Positions 39,504 through 49,631 are shown, counted from the first letter of the stretch. The stretch: 64,000 nt of DNA from Clostridiaceae bacterium (GCA_012838795.1 DUOO01000010.1:26411-90410); one strand, 5' to 3'. Notes: generated from the sequence alone by a model not told the origin. Program-made: numbers and translations.

Positions 39504-42500
39504 ATGTATACAAAAGTAGATAGTTCGTTAGATTTTGTTGAACGCGAGAAAAAAATAAGTGAGTTTTGGAATGCCAATAATATTTTTAACAAGCAAACAG
39601 AACTCCGGAAAAATGGTGAGAAATTTGTCTTTTATGACGGGCCGCCGACAGCAAACGGTAAACCCCATATAGGCCATGTTTTAACCAGAGTTATTAAAGA
39701 CGTTATTCCGCGTTATCACAGCATGAAAGGCAAAAACGTATATCGTAAAGCAGGTTGGGATACTCACGGCTTACCGGTTGAACTGGAAGTAGAACGTCTG
39801 CTGGGTCTAGACGGTAAAGATCAAATTGAAGAATACGGAATAGAACCTTTTATAAAAAAATGTAAAGAAAGTGTTTGGAAATATACGACAGAATGGGAAG
39901 AAATGTCAGAAAGAATTGCTTTTTGGGCAGACATGGAGAATCCATATATCACGTACGAGAATGAATATATCGAATCAGGCTGGTGGGCATTACGCCAAAT
40001 CTGGGATAAAGGTTTGATTTATCAAGGACATAAAGTCGTGCCGTATTGTCCGCGGTGCGGAACTGCTTTATCGAGTCATGAAGTGGCTCAAGGTTATGAA
40101 GATGTCACTGAACCTTCGGTATATGTGCGTTTTGCCGTTGAGGGTGAACCTGATACATATCTGACCGCTTGGACAACGACTCCCTGGACATTGCCGTCTA
40201 ACCTGGCACTTTGTGTACATCCGGAAGAATATTATGTGTTAGCCGAAGTAAATCAAGATGTGGATGGAACAGAAAAGAAAATCCGCTATTATGTCGGTGA
40301 ATCCTTAGCCGAGGATGTTTTAGGTGAAAATTACACTGTAATCGAAAGGATGCAAGGTAAGGATCTGGTTAACAAGAAATATCAACCGTTATTCCCGTAT
40401 GCCGAACCCCTGATTGCACAACAGAGAAAAGATGCTTTTTATGTTGTAATGGACACATATGTCACAATGGATGAAGGTACCGGAATAGTTCATCAGGCAC
40501 CTGCATTCGGTGATGATGACGCACGTGTCGGTCGTGCCTATAATTTGCCTTTTGTTCAATTTATTAAAGAAGACGGAACTATGCCGGAAGAAGCAACAGA
40601 TTTTGCAGGCTTATCCTTCAAGGAAGCAGATCCGAAAATTATTGAAAATTTAGATAAACGCGGATTATTAATCAAAACTCAGGAAAATACGCATAATTAT
40701 CCGTTCTGTTGGCGTTGTCATACTCCGTTGATGTACTATGCCCGTCAGTCTTGGTTTATTAAAATGACTGAATTAAGAGATCAGCTTGTTGCCAACAATA
40801 ATACTGTCAATTGGATCCCGCCGACCATCGGTACCGGTCGTTTCGGCAAGTTTTTAGAAAATGTCGTAGACTGGGCTTTATCACGTGAAAGATACTGGGG
40901 TACTCCATTACCGATTTGGCGTTGTAAAGATTGCGGACATGATCATTTAATCGGTTCAATTGAAGAGCTGAAGTCAATGTCGGATAATTGTCCTGAAGAT
41001 ATTGAATTACATCGTCCTTACATAGATGCAGTACATCTTAATTGCCCTGAATGTCAAGGTAAGATGCAAAGAGTTCCGGAAGTTATTGACGGTTGGTTCG
41101 ATTCAGGCTCAATGCCTTTTGCCCAATATCATTACCCTTTCGAAAATCAGGAATTATTTAAGAAAACATTCCCTGCTGATTTTATTTCCGAAGCCGTTGA
41201 TCAAACCAGAGGCTGGTTCTATACTTTAATGGCTTTGGGTACGGCAGTATTTGATCGCTCACCGTTTGAAAATTGTATCGTAATGGGGCATGTTCAGGAT
41301 GAACAAGGTCGCAAGATGTCGAAACATATAGGGAATGTTGTCGATCCGATTGAAGTTTTGGATGAAGAAGGTGCGGATGCCGTGCGTTGGTATTTCTTCA
41401 GTAATAGCCAACCCTGGTTGCCATCGCGCTTTTCAGCTCAAATGGTTAATGAGATGAAACGTAAATTTATCAGCGGATTCTGGAACACCTATGCTTTTTA
41501 TGTTTTATATGCCGATATTGATAAATTTGATCCAGATAAATACCAACTTGATTATGACAAATTAAGTGTCATGGATCATTGGATTTTGAGTCGTTTAAAC
41601 ACCTTGGTCAAAGATGTTGATCAACGCATGGCACAATACGATATCACCGGCTCAACTCGGGTTATGGAAAATTTCGTTGATGATCTGACGAACTGGTATG
41701 TTCGCCGTTCACGTGATCGTTACTGGGGCTCAGGTATGGAACAAGACAAAATCAATGCATATATGACATTGTTTACCGTTTTGGAAACTTTGACGAGATT
41801 GTCCGCTCCGTTCGTTCCTTTCATGACAGAAAGCATTTATCAAAATATAGTAGTAAACTTTTTTGCAGATGCCCCGGAAAGCGTTCATTTATCTGATTTT
41901 CCGATTTATGATGAGACTATGATTAAGCCGGAATTGGAGCAACAAATGCAACTTGTTTTGGACTTAGTCAATCTCGGCCGTTCTGCCAGAAATCTTTCAG
42001 AAATAAAAATACGTCAACCTTTGGCAAAAATGTCAATCGTTTCTGATGACAAACTGGACGATGCATATATTCCTTTAGTTGCCGATGAATTAAATGTCAA
42101 GCAAATTGAATGGGTAACTGATGCAACTGAATTACAGGATTATCAATTCAAACCGCAACTCCGCTTATTAGGACCGCGTTTCGGCAAAAACTTAGGTGAG
42201 GTAAGCAAAAAACTTGCGTCGATTGATGGTCGGGCAGCATATGTAGAATTGCAAGCAAAAGGTCAAATCGAATTGGAAATTGCCGGTGTTCCGGAAATTT
42301 TCACGGAAGAAGATTTGCTGGTTTCTTCAATTCAAGCTGAGGGTTTGGCAACAGCTTCCGATCATGGTGTAACGGTTGCTTTGGATACAGCATTAACTCC
42401 TGAATTAATTGATGAAGGGAATGTACGTGAAATCGTTTCAAAAATCCAAAATATGCGTCGAGACAGCGGATTTGAAGTTGCTGACCGTATTAATCTGTAC

Positions 42501-42668
42501 TATGCGGACAATGCAGAATTGGGAGAATTGATTGAGCGCTTTGCCGATACAATAAAAGAAGATGTTTTAGCTGTGTCTGTTGCACCTTTGCCTGGCGGTG
42601 TACCTCATGTATCAAGTGTAAACATTAATGGCAAAGATTTAACAATCGGCTTGGAAGTTGTCAGCTAA
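39504..42668 (+). CDS. ileS: Isoleucine--tRNA ligase, long (type 2-like, 1054 aa) form
   Basis: HIGH motif (PHIGHVL), KMSKH motif and CP1 editing domain. Length ~1050 aa rather than the ~920 aa of type 1. Confidence 0.95.
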   Translation: MYTKVDSSLDFVEREKKISEFWNANNIFNKQTELRKNGEKFVFYDGPPTANGKPHIGHVLTRVIKDVIPRYHSMKGKNVYRKAGWDTHGLPVELEVERLLGLDGKDQIEEYGIEPFIKKCKESVWKYTTEWEEMSERIAFWADMENPYITYENEYIESGWWALRQIWDKGLIYQGHKVVPYCPRCGTALSSHEVAQGYEDVTEPSVYVRFAVEGEPDTYLTAWTTTPWTLPSNLALCVHPEEYYVLAEVNQDVDGTEKKIRYYVGESLAEDVLGENYTVIERMQGKDLVNKKYQPLFPYAEPLIAQQRKDAFYVVMDTYVTMDEGTGIVHQAPAFGDDDARVGRAYNLPFVQFIKEDGTMPEEATDFAGLSFKEADPKIIENLDKRGLLIKTQENTHNYPFCWRCHTPLMYYARQSWFIKMTELRDQLVANNNTVNWIPPTIGTGRFGKFLENVVDWALSRERYWGTPLPIWRCKDCGHDHLIGSIEELKSMSDNCPEDIELHRPYIDAVHLNCPECQGKMQRVPEVIDGWFDSGSMPFAQYHYPFENQELFKKTFPADFISEAVDQTRGWFYTLMALGTAVFDRSPFENCIVMGHVQDEQGRKMSKHIGNVVDPIEVLDEEGADAVRWYFFSNSQPWLPSRFSAQMVNEMKRKFISGFWNTYAFYVLYADIDKFDPDKYQLDYDKLSVMDHWILSRLNTLVKDVDQRMAQYDITGSTRVMENFVDDLTNWYVRRSRDRYWGSGMEQDKINAYMTLFTVLETLTRLSAPFVPFMTESIYQNIVVNFFADAPESVHLSDFPIYDETMIKPELEQQMQLVLDLVNLGRSARNLSEIKIRQPLAKMSIVSDDKLDDAYIPLVADELNVKQIEWVTDATELQDYQFKPQLRLLGPRFGKNLGEVSKKLASIDGRAAYVELQAKGQIELEIAGVPEIFTEEDLLVSSIQAEGLATASDHGVTVALDTALTPELIDEGNVREIVSKIQNMRRDSGFEVADRINLYYADNAELGELIERFADTIKEDVLAVSVAPLPGGVPHVSSVNINGKDLTIGLEVVS

Positions 42669-42675
42669 AGATTTT

Positions 42676-42717
42676 GAGCAGAAACCGGTATCTCAACCCC
42701 GGAATCTGCTCACTTTT
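42676..42717 (+). terminator. Rho-independent terminator after ileS
   Basis: Stem gagcagaaaccgg / ccggaatctgctc (11/13 paired) followed by acTTTT. Confidence 0.7.
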
Positions 42718-42765
42718 CAGAGTCCTGCAAATCAGAATTTGCACAGCTCGGAATTCTGAGCAAAC
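42706..42765 (+). repeat. Copy B of the ~60-nt dispersed intergenic element
   Basis: ctgctcacttttcagagtcctgcaaatcagaatttgcacagctcggaattctgagcaaac aligns with 13530-13588. Confidence 0.6.
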
Positions 42766-42787
42766 TTAAGAAAGACATGATACATTT

Positions 42788-43387
42788 ATGTTAAAAAAAA
42801 TATTGATCATAATATTAGTTTTGATTTTACTGATCTTTTTGCCTAATTTATATATTTTAGTAACGACTTCCGGTCAAATAACGACGCTTGAGCACATTTC
42901 CACCCAAGACTCTCAAGACTATGAATGTGCATTAATTTTTGGAGCAGGGGTACGTGACGGAAAACCTTCGCCGATTTTACAAGAACGCTTGAATATGGGA
43001 GTAGCATTATACCAAGCCGGTATAGTGCCTAAGTTATTACTCAGCGGTCAAGGTTCAGCTGATGGTCAAGGATATGATGAAGTCATAGTAATGCGAGAAT
43101 ATCTCTTGGCTAAGAATGTACCCGATACAGCTCTGATTCTTGATAAGTCAGGTTTCTCTACTTACGAAAGTATTGAACGTTGTTTGAAAACTTACAATTT
43201 ACAAAAAGTATTATTGGTTACCCAAAAATATCATCTTTATCGTGCAGTCTATCTTGCCAATCAACTGGAACTTGAAACTATTGGTGTGATTGCGGATCAA
43301 CGTAGACTCCCCGGTCAATTTATGCGTGAGATCAGGGAGGTCTTTGCACGTGACAAAGACTTTATAAAAGGGATAATTAAACCTTAA
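42788..43387 (+). CDS. SanA/YdcF (DUF218) family membrane-anchored protein
   Basis: N-terminal TM helix. ALIFGAGV..GKPSPILQERL and LLLSG motifs typical of DUF218/SanA. Confidence 0.75.
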   Translation: MLKKILIIILVLILLIFLPNLYILVTTSGQITTLEHISTQDSQDYECALIFGAGVRDGKPSPILQERLNMGVALYQAGIVPKLLLSGQGSADGQGYDEVIVMREYLLAKNVPDTALILDKSGFSTYESIERCLKTYNLQKVLLVTQKYHLYRAVYLANQLELETIGVIADQRRLPGQFMREIREVFARDKDFIKGIIKP

Positions 43388-43449
43388 ATTAAGGTTAGTT
43401 AAACCTGATATCCCCGGATGACTGTTTCTCATCTTTAGAGGTAAAAGGA

Positions 43450-44022
43450 GTGAACAAAAACCATTTTAATTTGATATTGGCCGGTGTTTTGGCAGGTTTA
43501 TATTTAGTTCTTACCTTACCTTTTGCTCAAATTACATCCGGAATGATCCAGTTCAGATTAGCGGAAACAATGACTGTTTTACCTGCTCTGACTCCGGCGG
43601 CTATTCCCGGAGTTTTTCTCGGTTGTTTGTTGGCAAATCTGCTTAATCCGCAAAATCTCGGTCCGGTTGACATTATCGGAGGTAGTCTGACAACTTTATT
43701 GGCAGCCTTTTTAACTTATTATTTAGCAAAACCGTTTCGGCGATATTTGAAAATGACTCAATCCCAAAAAGTTGAAGAGACCGGATTACGCCATCGTGCA
43801 AATATTTCTAAAATAGTTGCTCTGCTTCCGCCGGTAATTCTTAACGGATTGATAGTAGGAACATATTTACCATTTCTATTCTCAGCGGAAACTCCTGCTA
43901 TCGGTGTTATCCTGGCAACAATATTATCAATAACAGTATCTCAAACGATTGTAATTTTCGGGCTGGGATTACCTCTTTTAATTGGTTTGAGTAAAAATAG
44001 AGCCATTTTGAAATATATCTGA
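43450..44022 (+). CDS. queT: QueT family queuosine-precursor transporter (ECF S-component-like)
   Basis: IQFRLAETMTVLPAL..PGVFLGCLLANL..GPVDIIGGSLTTLLAA matches the QueT (COG4708) pattern as I recall it. GTG start. Confidence 0.7.
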   Translation: MNKNHFNLILAGVLAGLYLVLTLPFAQITSGMIQFRLAETMTVLPALTPAAIPGVFLGCLLANLLNPQNLGPVDIIGGSLTTLLAAFLTYYLAKPFRRYLKMTQSQKVEETGLRHRANISKIVALLPPVILNGLIVGTYLPFLFSAETPAIGVILATILSITVSQTIVIFGLGLPLLIGLSKNRAILKYI

Positions 44023-44100
44023 TATATTATTGCTTGTAAGCTATAGTAAATTTAAAAAGTTGTACATCAAAAAGAAAAAGTTACACATCAAAAAGAAAAT

Positions 44101-44823
44101 ATGACACAATCACATTATTTTAATCCGGATCAAAATTTAGATAATGAAATAAAAATAATTGACTACACAATTGACCGGCGTAATTTTAGCTTTATTACGG
44201 ATCGCGGTGTTTTCTCTCGTAACAAAGTGGATTATGGTACAAATGTTATGTTGAAAACTGTTCTCAGAGAATCAAGAGATAACGATTCAGATATTTCCGG
44301 CCTTAACAATTATGTAAAACATGACAAAGTTCAAGAAACTTTCACTGAACAGATTGAGGATAAAGCGATGAAATGTCTGGATTTAGGTTGTGGCTATGGA
44401 GCTGTTTCGATTGTTCTGAATACTATTTTTCCGGAACAAAAATGGTATGCAACGGATATAAATCCAAGAGCGGTTGAATTAACTAAAAGAAATTCAAAAA
44501 AATTTGGTTTGGATATTACTGCAATTGAATCTGATGGTATTCCGGAATCACTGACTTCATCAAATGGATCTGGTAAAAGAATAAAATTCGATTTAGTTAT
44601 ATTAAATCCGCCAATCCGTACAGGAAAAGATGTTTATTATCGGTTGTTCGCTGAAGTTGCTGAGGTCATCAATGATAACGGCATTTTCTATACTGTTATT
44701 CAAAAAAAACAAGGTGCAGTTTCGGCATTAAAATATTTGCAAAGTTTATTTTCAGATGTAATTGTTGCGGATAAATCAGGTGGCTATCATACGATTCGTT
44801 GTAGAACTCCTATTCCTGATTAA
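44101..44823 (+). CDS. Class I SAM-dependent methyltransferase (RsmC/YbxB-like small-domain MTase)
   Basis: LDLGCGYG SAM motif and the NPPIRTGK motif. Confidence 0.75.
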   Translation: MTQSHYFNPDQNLDNEIKIIDYTIDRRNFSFITDRGVFSRNKVDYGTNVMLKTVLRESRDNDSDISGLNNYVKHDKVQETFTEQIEDKAMKCLDLGCGYGAVSIVLNTIFPEQKWYATDINPRAVELTKRNSKKFGLDITAIESDGIPESLTSSNGSGKRIKFDLVILNPPIRTGKDVYYRLFAEVAEVINDNGIFYTVIQKKQGAVSALKYLQSLFSDVIVADKSGGYHTIRCRTPIPD

Positions 44824-44885
44824 GATTAAAGAATAGTCAAAGCATCACGAATTACATTTATTTCTAAAAATTTGGAGATGATATC

Positions 44886-45437
44886 ATGTCGAATAAATCT
44901 GAACAAAGAGGATATTCCATTCAAGCGATAGGTCAAGACAGCCACAGATTTGTGGAAACAGATGATCCGAAAGTTTTGGTATTGGGCGGAGTAGAAATAA
45001 AGGACTGTTCCGGACTTGCAGGGAATAGTGACGCAGATGTTCTGCTTCATGCTTTAACAAATGCAATATCAGGAATTACGTGTAAACCGATTCTGGGAAC
45101 TATTGCTGATGAATTGTGTTTAAATCATGGGATTACGGATAGTCAAGTGTACTTGGAATTAGCTTTAGCAGATTTAGAGGATCTTAACTATGAGATATTA
45201 CATATAAGTTTTACAGTTCAAGCTCGCCGGCCTAAACTTTTACCTTTAATCCCAAAAATCAGAGAATCGATTGCTCAAATAACGGAACTTGATTCTGAAC
45301 AAGTTATGATTACTGCAACCAGCGGCGAAGGTTTGACAGATGTCGGACGTGGCGAAGGCATAGAAGCTTTTTGTGTGATTTCAGTTGCACCACAACAATT
45401 GAATGACAATGATTTAGTTGGATCAAAATCTGAGTAG
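44886..45437 (+). CDS. IspF (MECDP synthase) homologue with altered active-site residues
   Basis: GQDSHRF (Asp/His Zn ligands), LGGVEI, RRPKLLPLIPKIR and GRGEGIEA are all IspF-like. However GNSDADV has Asn47 where IspF has the third Zn ligand His, and the DIGKxFPDTD motif is replaced by ILGTIADELC. Confidence 0.7.
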   Translation: MSNKSEQRGYSIQAIGQDSHRFVETDDPKVLVLGGVEIKDCSGLAGNSDADVLLHALTNAISGITCKPILGTIADELCLNHGITDSQVYLELALADLEDLNYEILHISFTVQARRPKLLPLIPKIRESIAQITELDSEQVMITATSGEGLTDVGRGEGIEAFCVISVAPQQLNDNDLVGSKSE

Positions 45438-45505
45438 TAAAAAGATATTAGCAATCGATTACCCGCCCTTATTGGAATAATTACTTGAAATTTGCACAGG
45501 AAGAG

Positions 45506-46072
45506 CTAAGTTTTGGCCAATACTTTCTTCAGCGACTTTACCAGAATTTCCGCAGTGAAATAACCTAAAACAACCGAAACGATATCCTTAACGATAAAAG
45601 GCAAAGATCCGACGATTGCCGCAGCAATAAAGTTCATCTCAGTACTTGCTGCTAGCCAGAGAATCCCAGGCAGATGACAACAGATCAGTCCTGAAAGAGA
45701 TAATAGAATAGCCCATAAATATAAGATTGGCGGGGGGTTATTTTTTATCAAATTGCCGGCCAGACCGATCAGGATAATCATCGGTATGAATCCTATCAGA
45801 TATCCGCCTGTAGGTCCCACTAGTTTTGCCGGCCCGGAACCGAAATTTGAGAAAACCGGCAAACCGATCAAACCTAAGAGCAAATAGACTCCAACGATGA
45901 ATATGCCCATTTTCGAACCTACAAGGAATCCGATTAAGGCAATTGCAAAGGTTTGCATTGTAACAGGAATTCCGCCCGGAAGATTAAAAGATATTTGTGT
46001 ACAAACAATTAAAACGGCAATCATAAAAGCACAAACTGTGATTTGTCGAATTGATAGTCTTGAATTTGTCAT
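45506..46072 (-). CDS. bioY: Biotin transporter BioY
   Basis: Six-TM protein with P.T.Q.FA..L.G and GP.GGYL.GF motifs. Immediately downstream of birA. Confidence 0.85.
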   Translation of the reverse strand: MTNSRLSIRQITVCAFMIAVLIVCTQISFNLPGGIPVTMQTFAIALIGFLVGSKMGIFIVGVYLLLGLIGLPVFSNFGSGPAKLVGPTGGYLIGFIPMIILIGLAGNLIKNNPPPILYLWAILLSLSGLICCHLPGILWLAASTEMNFIAAAIVGSLPFIVKDIVSVVLGYFTAEILVKSLKKVLAKT

Positions 46073-46107
46073 CTTTTGCTTTCTCTTCTCTGATTTGAAA
46101 CTATATT

Positions 46108-47121
46108 TCAGTTTGATTTCTTGTGTAAAGTTGCTTCACCATGATTGATTGTTTCAATAGAACCATCTTTAAGTTTGATCATCAGCTCAAATTCATCGTC
46201 AATATCCAGAACTTCAGCCTGTAATAACTTATTGTTATGCCAAATATCTACAACTTTATTTGTCAGTATAGATTTTTCACGAAACACTTCTAAAGCCGAT
46301 TCTGAACTTTTCGATTCTCCGAATATTTCCCATTGGTTTAAAAACTCGGCAATGATACTGTTTCTTAATCCTGGACGCTTTTCAGCTGTTGAATAAATTG
46401 CAGCTGCTGTATTGGCTAATTCTTCAGGAAAATCATTTTTAGGTTGATATACATTTACGCCTACGCCGATTACCAGATATGATATCGTTCTGGTTTCGAA
46501 ATCCAACTCAGCTTCACTCAAAATGCCGGCTACTTTTTTGTTATCGATATATACATCATTAACCCATTTAATTCCTGTGTTTTTACCGGAAATTTTATCG
46601 ATCGCTTTTGCTAAAGCTACTGCAGCTAAAGCCGGACATTTTTGGCTGAGGTTATAGTCTTGATTTGGTCTGAGTAACAAACTAAAGTATATACCGGTTC
46701 CGGGGGGTGAGAAAAAATCTCTTCCCCTCCTGCCACGCCCGTTTTCCTGAGCATTGGCAACAATTAGTGTTCCGGAAGCTGCTTTTTCTCGGGCTTTTAT
46801 TTTAAGAGCATTATTAGTGGAATCAAGCGTATCAAAAACTTCAATTTGGTATGTATCGGGATTATTGAGTTTTAATCTGATCCCTTCAGCGGAAAGCTGA
46901 TCCTGTTCATGTTGCAATTGATATCCTCTGCCGGTTACGGATTTAATTGAATATCCTGCAGATTGCAGTTTTTTGATTGTACGCCAAATTGTATTTCGAC
47001 TGACTCCGGCTTGTTTTGCCAAAATGCCGCCTGAAATCCATTCACCGGTATTGGATTCCAGTTTTTTCAATACGAAAATTTCAATCTTATTTATATATTT
47101 ATTGTCAATAGTATCATTCAT
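46108..47121 (-). CDS. birA: Bifunctional biotin--protein ligase / biotin operon repressor
   Basis: N-terminal wHTH (ISGGILAKQAGVSRNTIWRTIKKLQSAGYSI), GRGRRGR biotin-binding loop and KWVNDV motif. Start at ATG 47121 (MNDTID..). Confidence 0.9.
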   Translation of the reverse strand: MNDTIDNKYINKIEIFVLKKLESNTGEWISGGILAKQAGVSRNTIWRTIKKLQSAGYSIKSVTGRGYQLQHEQDQLSAEGIRLKLNNPDTYQIEVFDTLDSTNNALKIKAREKAASGTLIVANAQENGRGRRGRDFFSPPGTGIYFSLLLRPNQDYNLSQKCPALAAVALAKAIDKISGKNTGIKWVNDVYIDNKKVAGILSEAELDFETRTISYLVIGVGVNVYQPKNDFPEELANTAAAIYSTAEKRPGLRNSIIAEFLNQWEIFGESKSSESALEVFREKSILTNKVVDIWHNNKLLQAEVLDIDDEFELMIKLKDGSIETINHGEATLHKKSN

Positions 47122-47376
47122 TAGTATCATTCATTCTTATTCGCAAATATTAATATATAAATGAAATAGACTCTATGTTTTATTACAATTATTCAATAAC
47201 AAGTATCAATAAACTTTTCTAATAATCGAATAAATCAGAGGCCGATTCAAACAATGATTATATTAATAAATACTAATCAGATTTTTTATATTGTCAACCA
47301 AAAAAATAAATAATTGTGACAATAATACAACAGATCCTATATTCTGATATGTCAAAAATAAAAGGTAACAGGTTAT

Positions 47377-47503
47377 GATGTGCCAATAATTACGTTCCTG
47401 CGGGTTCACTGTATGATCAGATCCGCAGAGCCGGCTTTTTTGACCCAGACTCATTTGAAAACCGGTCTGATGTGCCAATAATTACGCATCTGCGGGTTCA
47501 CTG
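47377..47503. repeat. Diverged, inverted 1.4-copy array of the 92-bp repeat family seen at 1103-1396
   Basis: gatgtgccaataattacg recurs at 47377 and 47469, the same 92-bp period. The sequence ..ctgcgggttcactg..gatccgcagagccggcttttttga.. is the reverse complement of the 1103-1396 unit at roughly 70 percent identity by eye. Confidence 0.7.
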
Positions 47504-47667
47504 CTTATCAAATTGATATAGTCTATAAAAATGAACGCAAAATTCATAAAACGAAATACAAGCAGTGACAATGTTTATATTAAAATAATGAAATAGATAT
47601 AAAAAGAACAAAAAAACAACGAGAATAATCTTGAAAGTAATTGATGTTAATTTAGAAGGAAAAGTCA

Positions 47668-48102
47668 ATGAGTGATACAAAATATGAAAAATCATGTGGT
47701 GCAATCGTTTTTACGCGTTTGAATGGCGAGATAAAGTACATTCTTGTTAAACAACAAAATGGTATTTATAGCTTTCCTAAAGGCCATGTTGAAAATGATG
47801 AAACCGAGCTTGAAACTGCACTCCGGGAAATAAATGAAGAAACCGGGTTGAATCCGAGAATAATTGACGGTTTCAAAGTATCAGATGAGTATCCGTTACC
47901 AAATAAAGACAATGTAATAAAACAAGTTGTCTATTTTTTAGCAGAATATCAAAATCAGCAATTTACAGCCCAAGAAGGTGAAATTATAAAAATTGCATTA
48001 ATGTCCTATGATGATGCCTTAAAAGTTTTTAATTGGGATAGTCAAAGACACTTACTCAAAGCGGCAAATGATTTTTTGTTAAATAATACGATAACCAATT
48101 AA
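47668..48102 (+). CDS. NUDIX hydrolase
   Basis: Nudix box GHVENDETELETALREINEETG. Confidence 0.8.
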   Translation: MSDTKYEKSCGAIVFTRLNGEIKYILVKQQNGIYSFPKGHVENDETELETALREINEETGLNPRIIDGFKVSDEYPLPNKDNVIKQVVYFLAEYQNQQFTAQEGEIIKIALMSYDDALKVFNWDSQRHLLKAANDFLLNNTITN

Positions 48103-48457
48103 TTGAGCAAATAGGTAAACAATAAGCCTGCTGAGAGATGACAAAATTACAATCCATTACCCCCAATTACATATAAAGATGTGTCATAGTCGATTTATGT
48201 CTATATGATCTTTAAGTACAATAAATAAACAAAAAAAAGATGTAAACTAGACAGATTTTCATGCAATGCGTATAATAAAAAAATATTAGAAGTAATTGTA
48301 GAGTAATACAATAAAGATACTCATTTTCCGAAAGGTTTCTGGCAGACTGAAATATTTCCCATAGATTTCAACATAACATGTTTAGGCGCAATGTGGAAAA
48401 CAGGAAATATTAAGAGGAATGCGGGATACGTTTCAACAGAATCTAAGTAGGTGCAAA

Positions 48458-49630
48458 ATGATTGAATTAAAAAACATATATAAAAAATTCCCGGGAGGTT
48501 CAGTTGCCTTAAACAATGTTTCCTTTACTGTTGAAAAGGGTGAGTTTGTCAGCCTTATCGGTCCTTCAGGCTGTGGAAAAACAACATGTTTACGAACTGT
48601 TAATCGAATGACAGAATTAACCGGAGGCAGTATTCTGATCAACGGGAAGAACATTAATGATCTGAATCCCACGATTTTAAGACGTTCGATCGGGTATGTA
48701 GTGCAACAAATCGGATTAATGCCTCATATGACAATTTATGAAAATCTTATAACTGTTCCGAAACTGTTAAAATGGCCGGAAGAAGAGCTAAAGGCAAGAG
48801 CTCATCAATTAATCCGTTATGCAGAGCTACCGGAGGAATATCTGAAATATTATCCGGCCGAGTTATCCGGTGGACAGCAGCAACGTATCGGAGTAATGCG
48901 AGCTATAGCAGCGAAACAAAAAATTGTTTTGATGGATGAACCGTTTGGAGCATTAGATCCTGTTACCCGAAATGCTTTGCAGAATTTTATTATAAGATGG
49001 CATAATAAATTGAATGTAACGGTTATTTTTGTTACTCATGACATGGATGAAGCGCTGAAATTATCAGATAAAATTGTGATAATGAATAAAGGGGAGATTG
49101 TTCAATATGATACTCCGGAGAATCTGTTTAATAATCCGGTTAATGGATTTGTTGAAGAATTTGTCGGGGCAGGAAGACATTCAGAAGGTCAGCTGATTTT
49201 AAATGCTTTGCGACCGTATTTAATACCCACGGCAACGGTTAATATCACAAGTACAGTTGAAGATACTTTAGAAATTCAGGCGGAGCAAAATTCAAAATAT
49301 ATCTATGTCGTAGATGATGATGAGAAACTAATAGGATATATTGATGCTGATGATATTAGTGAAGCTGCACATGACATGCCGATATCAGATTATGTGAAGG
49401 ATACGGCATATGCTGATTTGGACACCAATTTAAAAGATGTGTTGTTTTTACTTAAACGCCTTGATTATAAACACATACCTGTAGTTGATGCGGATAACAA
49501 GTTTCAAGGTTTAATCACAGTGTCTTCAATATCAAGCCAAATTCATGAACAATTACTTGATTCTCATACGCCTCCGACTAGCATAAAAGATACCTGCAAG
49601 AATGATTCTCTCATCAAAAAGGAAGAATGA
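48458..49630 (+). CDS. opuCA: Osmoprotectant (betaine/carnitine/choline) ABC transporter ATPase with tandem CBS domains
   Basis: Walker A GPSGCGKTT, signature LSGGQQQR and Walker B LMDEPF. C-terminal CBS pair. A-B-C-D gene order as in opuC/opuB. Confidence 0.85.
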   Translation: MIELKNIYKKFPGGSVALNNVSFTVEKGEFVSLIGPSGCGKTTCLRTVNRMTELTGGSILINGKNINDLNPTILRRSIGYVVQQIGLMPHMTIYENLITVPKLLKWPEEELKARAHQLIRYAELPEEYLKYYPAELSGGQQQRIGVMRAIAAKQKIVLMDEPFGALDPVTRNALQNFIIRWHNKLNVTVIFVTHDMDEALKLSDKIVIMNKGEIVQYDTPENLFNNPVNGFVEEFVGAGRHSEGQLILNALRPYLIPTATVNITSTVEDTLEIQAEQNSKYIYVVDDDEKLIGYIDADDISEAAHDMPISDYVKDTAYADLDTNLKDVLFLLKRLDYKHIPVVDADNKFQGLITVSSISSQIHEQLLDSHTPPTSIKDTCKNDSLIKKEE

Positions 49631-49631
49631 A

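Noticed and set aside
43388-43449. preQ1 riboswitch upstream of queT
   Set aside because: QueT genes are often preceded by preQ1-I or preQ1-II riboswitches. This 62-nt gap lacks the A-rich tail and pseudoknot pattern of preQ1-I. I could not match the preQ1-II consensus as I recall it.
47108-47135. 14-bp direct duplication (atgaatgatacta x2, minus strand) at the birA start
   Set aside because: The duplication is real, but the upstream copy is out of frame and stops after 6 codons. It only affects the choice of start codon (47121 preferred), with no evident regulatory meaning.
47131-47262. BirA operator upstream of birA-bioY
   Set aside because: An operator is expected from biology, but I could not find a convincing 8-9-bp inverted repeat with ~15-bp spacing by eye. 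Only short AT-rich pseudo-dyads are present.
48103-48457. Riboswitch or leader in the 355-nt region upstream of opuCA
   Set aside because: The untranslated region is long, but I recognise no known RNA motif, terminator or convincing dyad. Not supportable from sequence alone.
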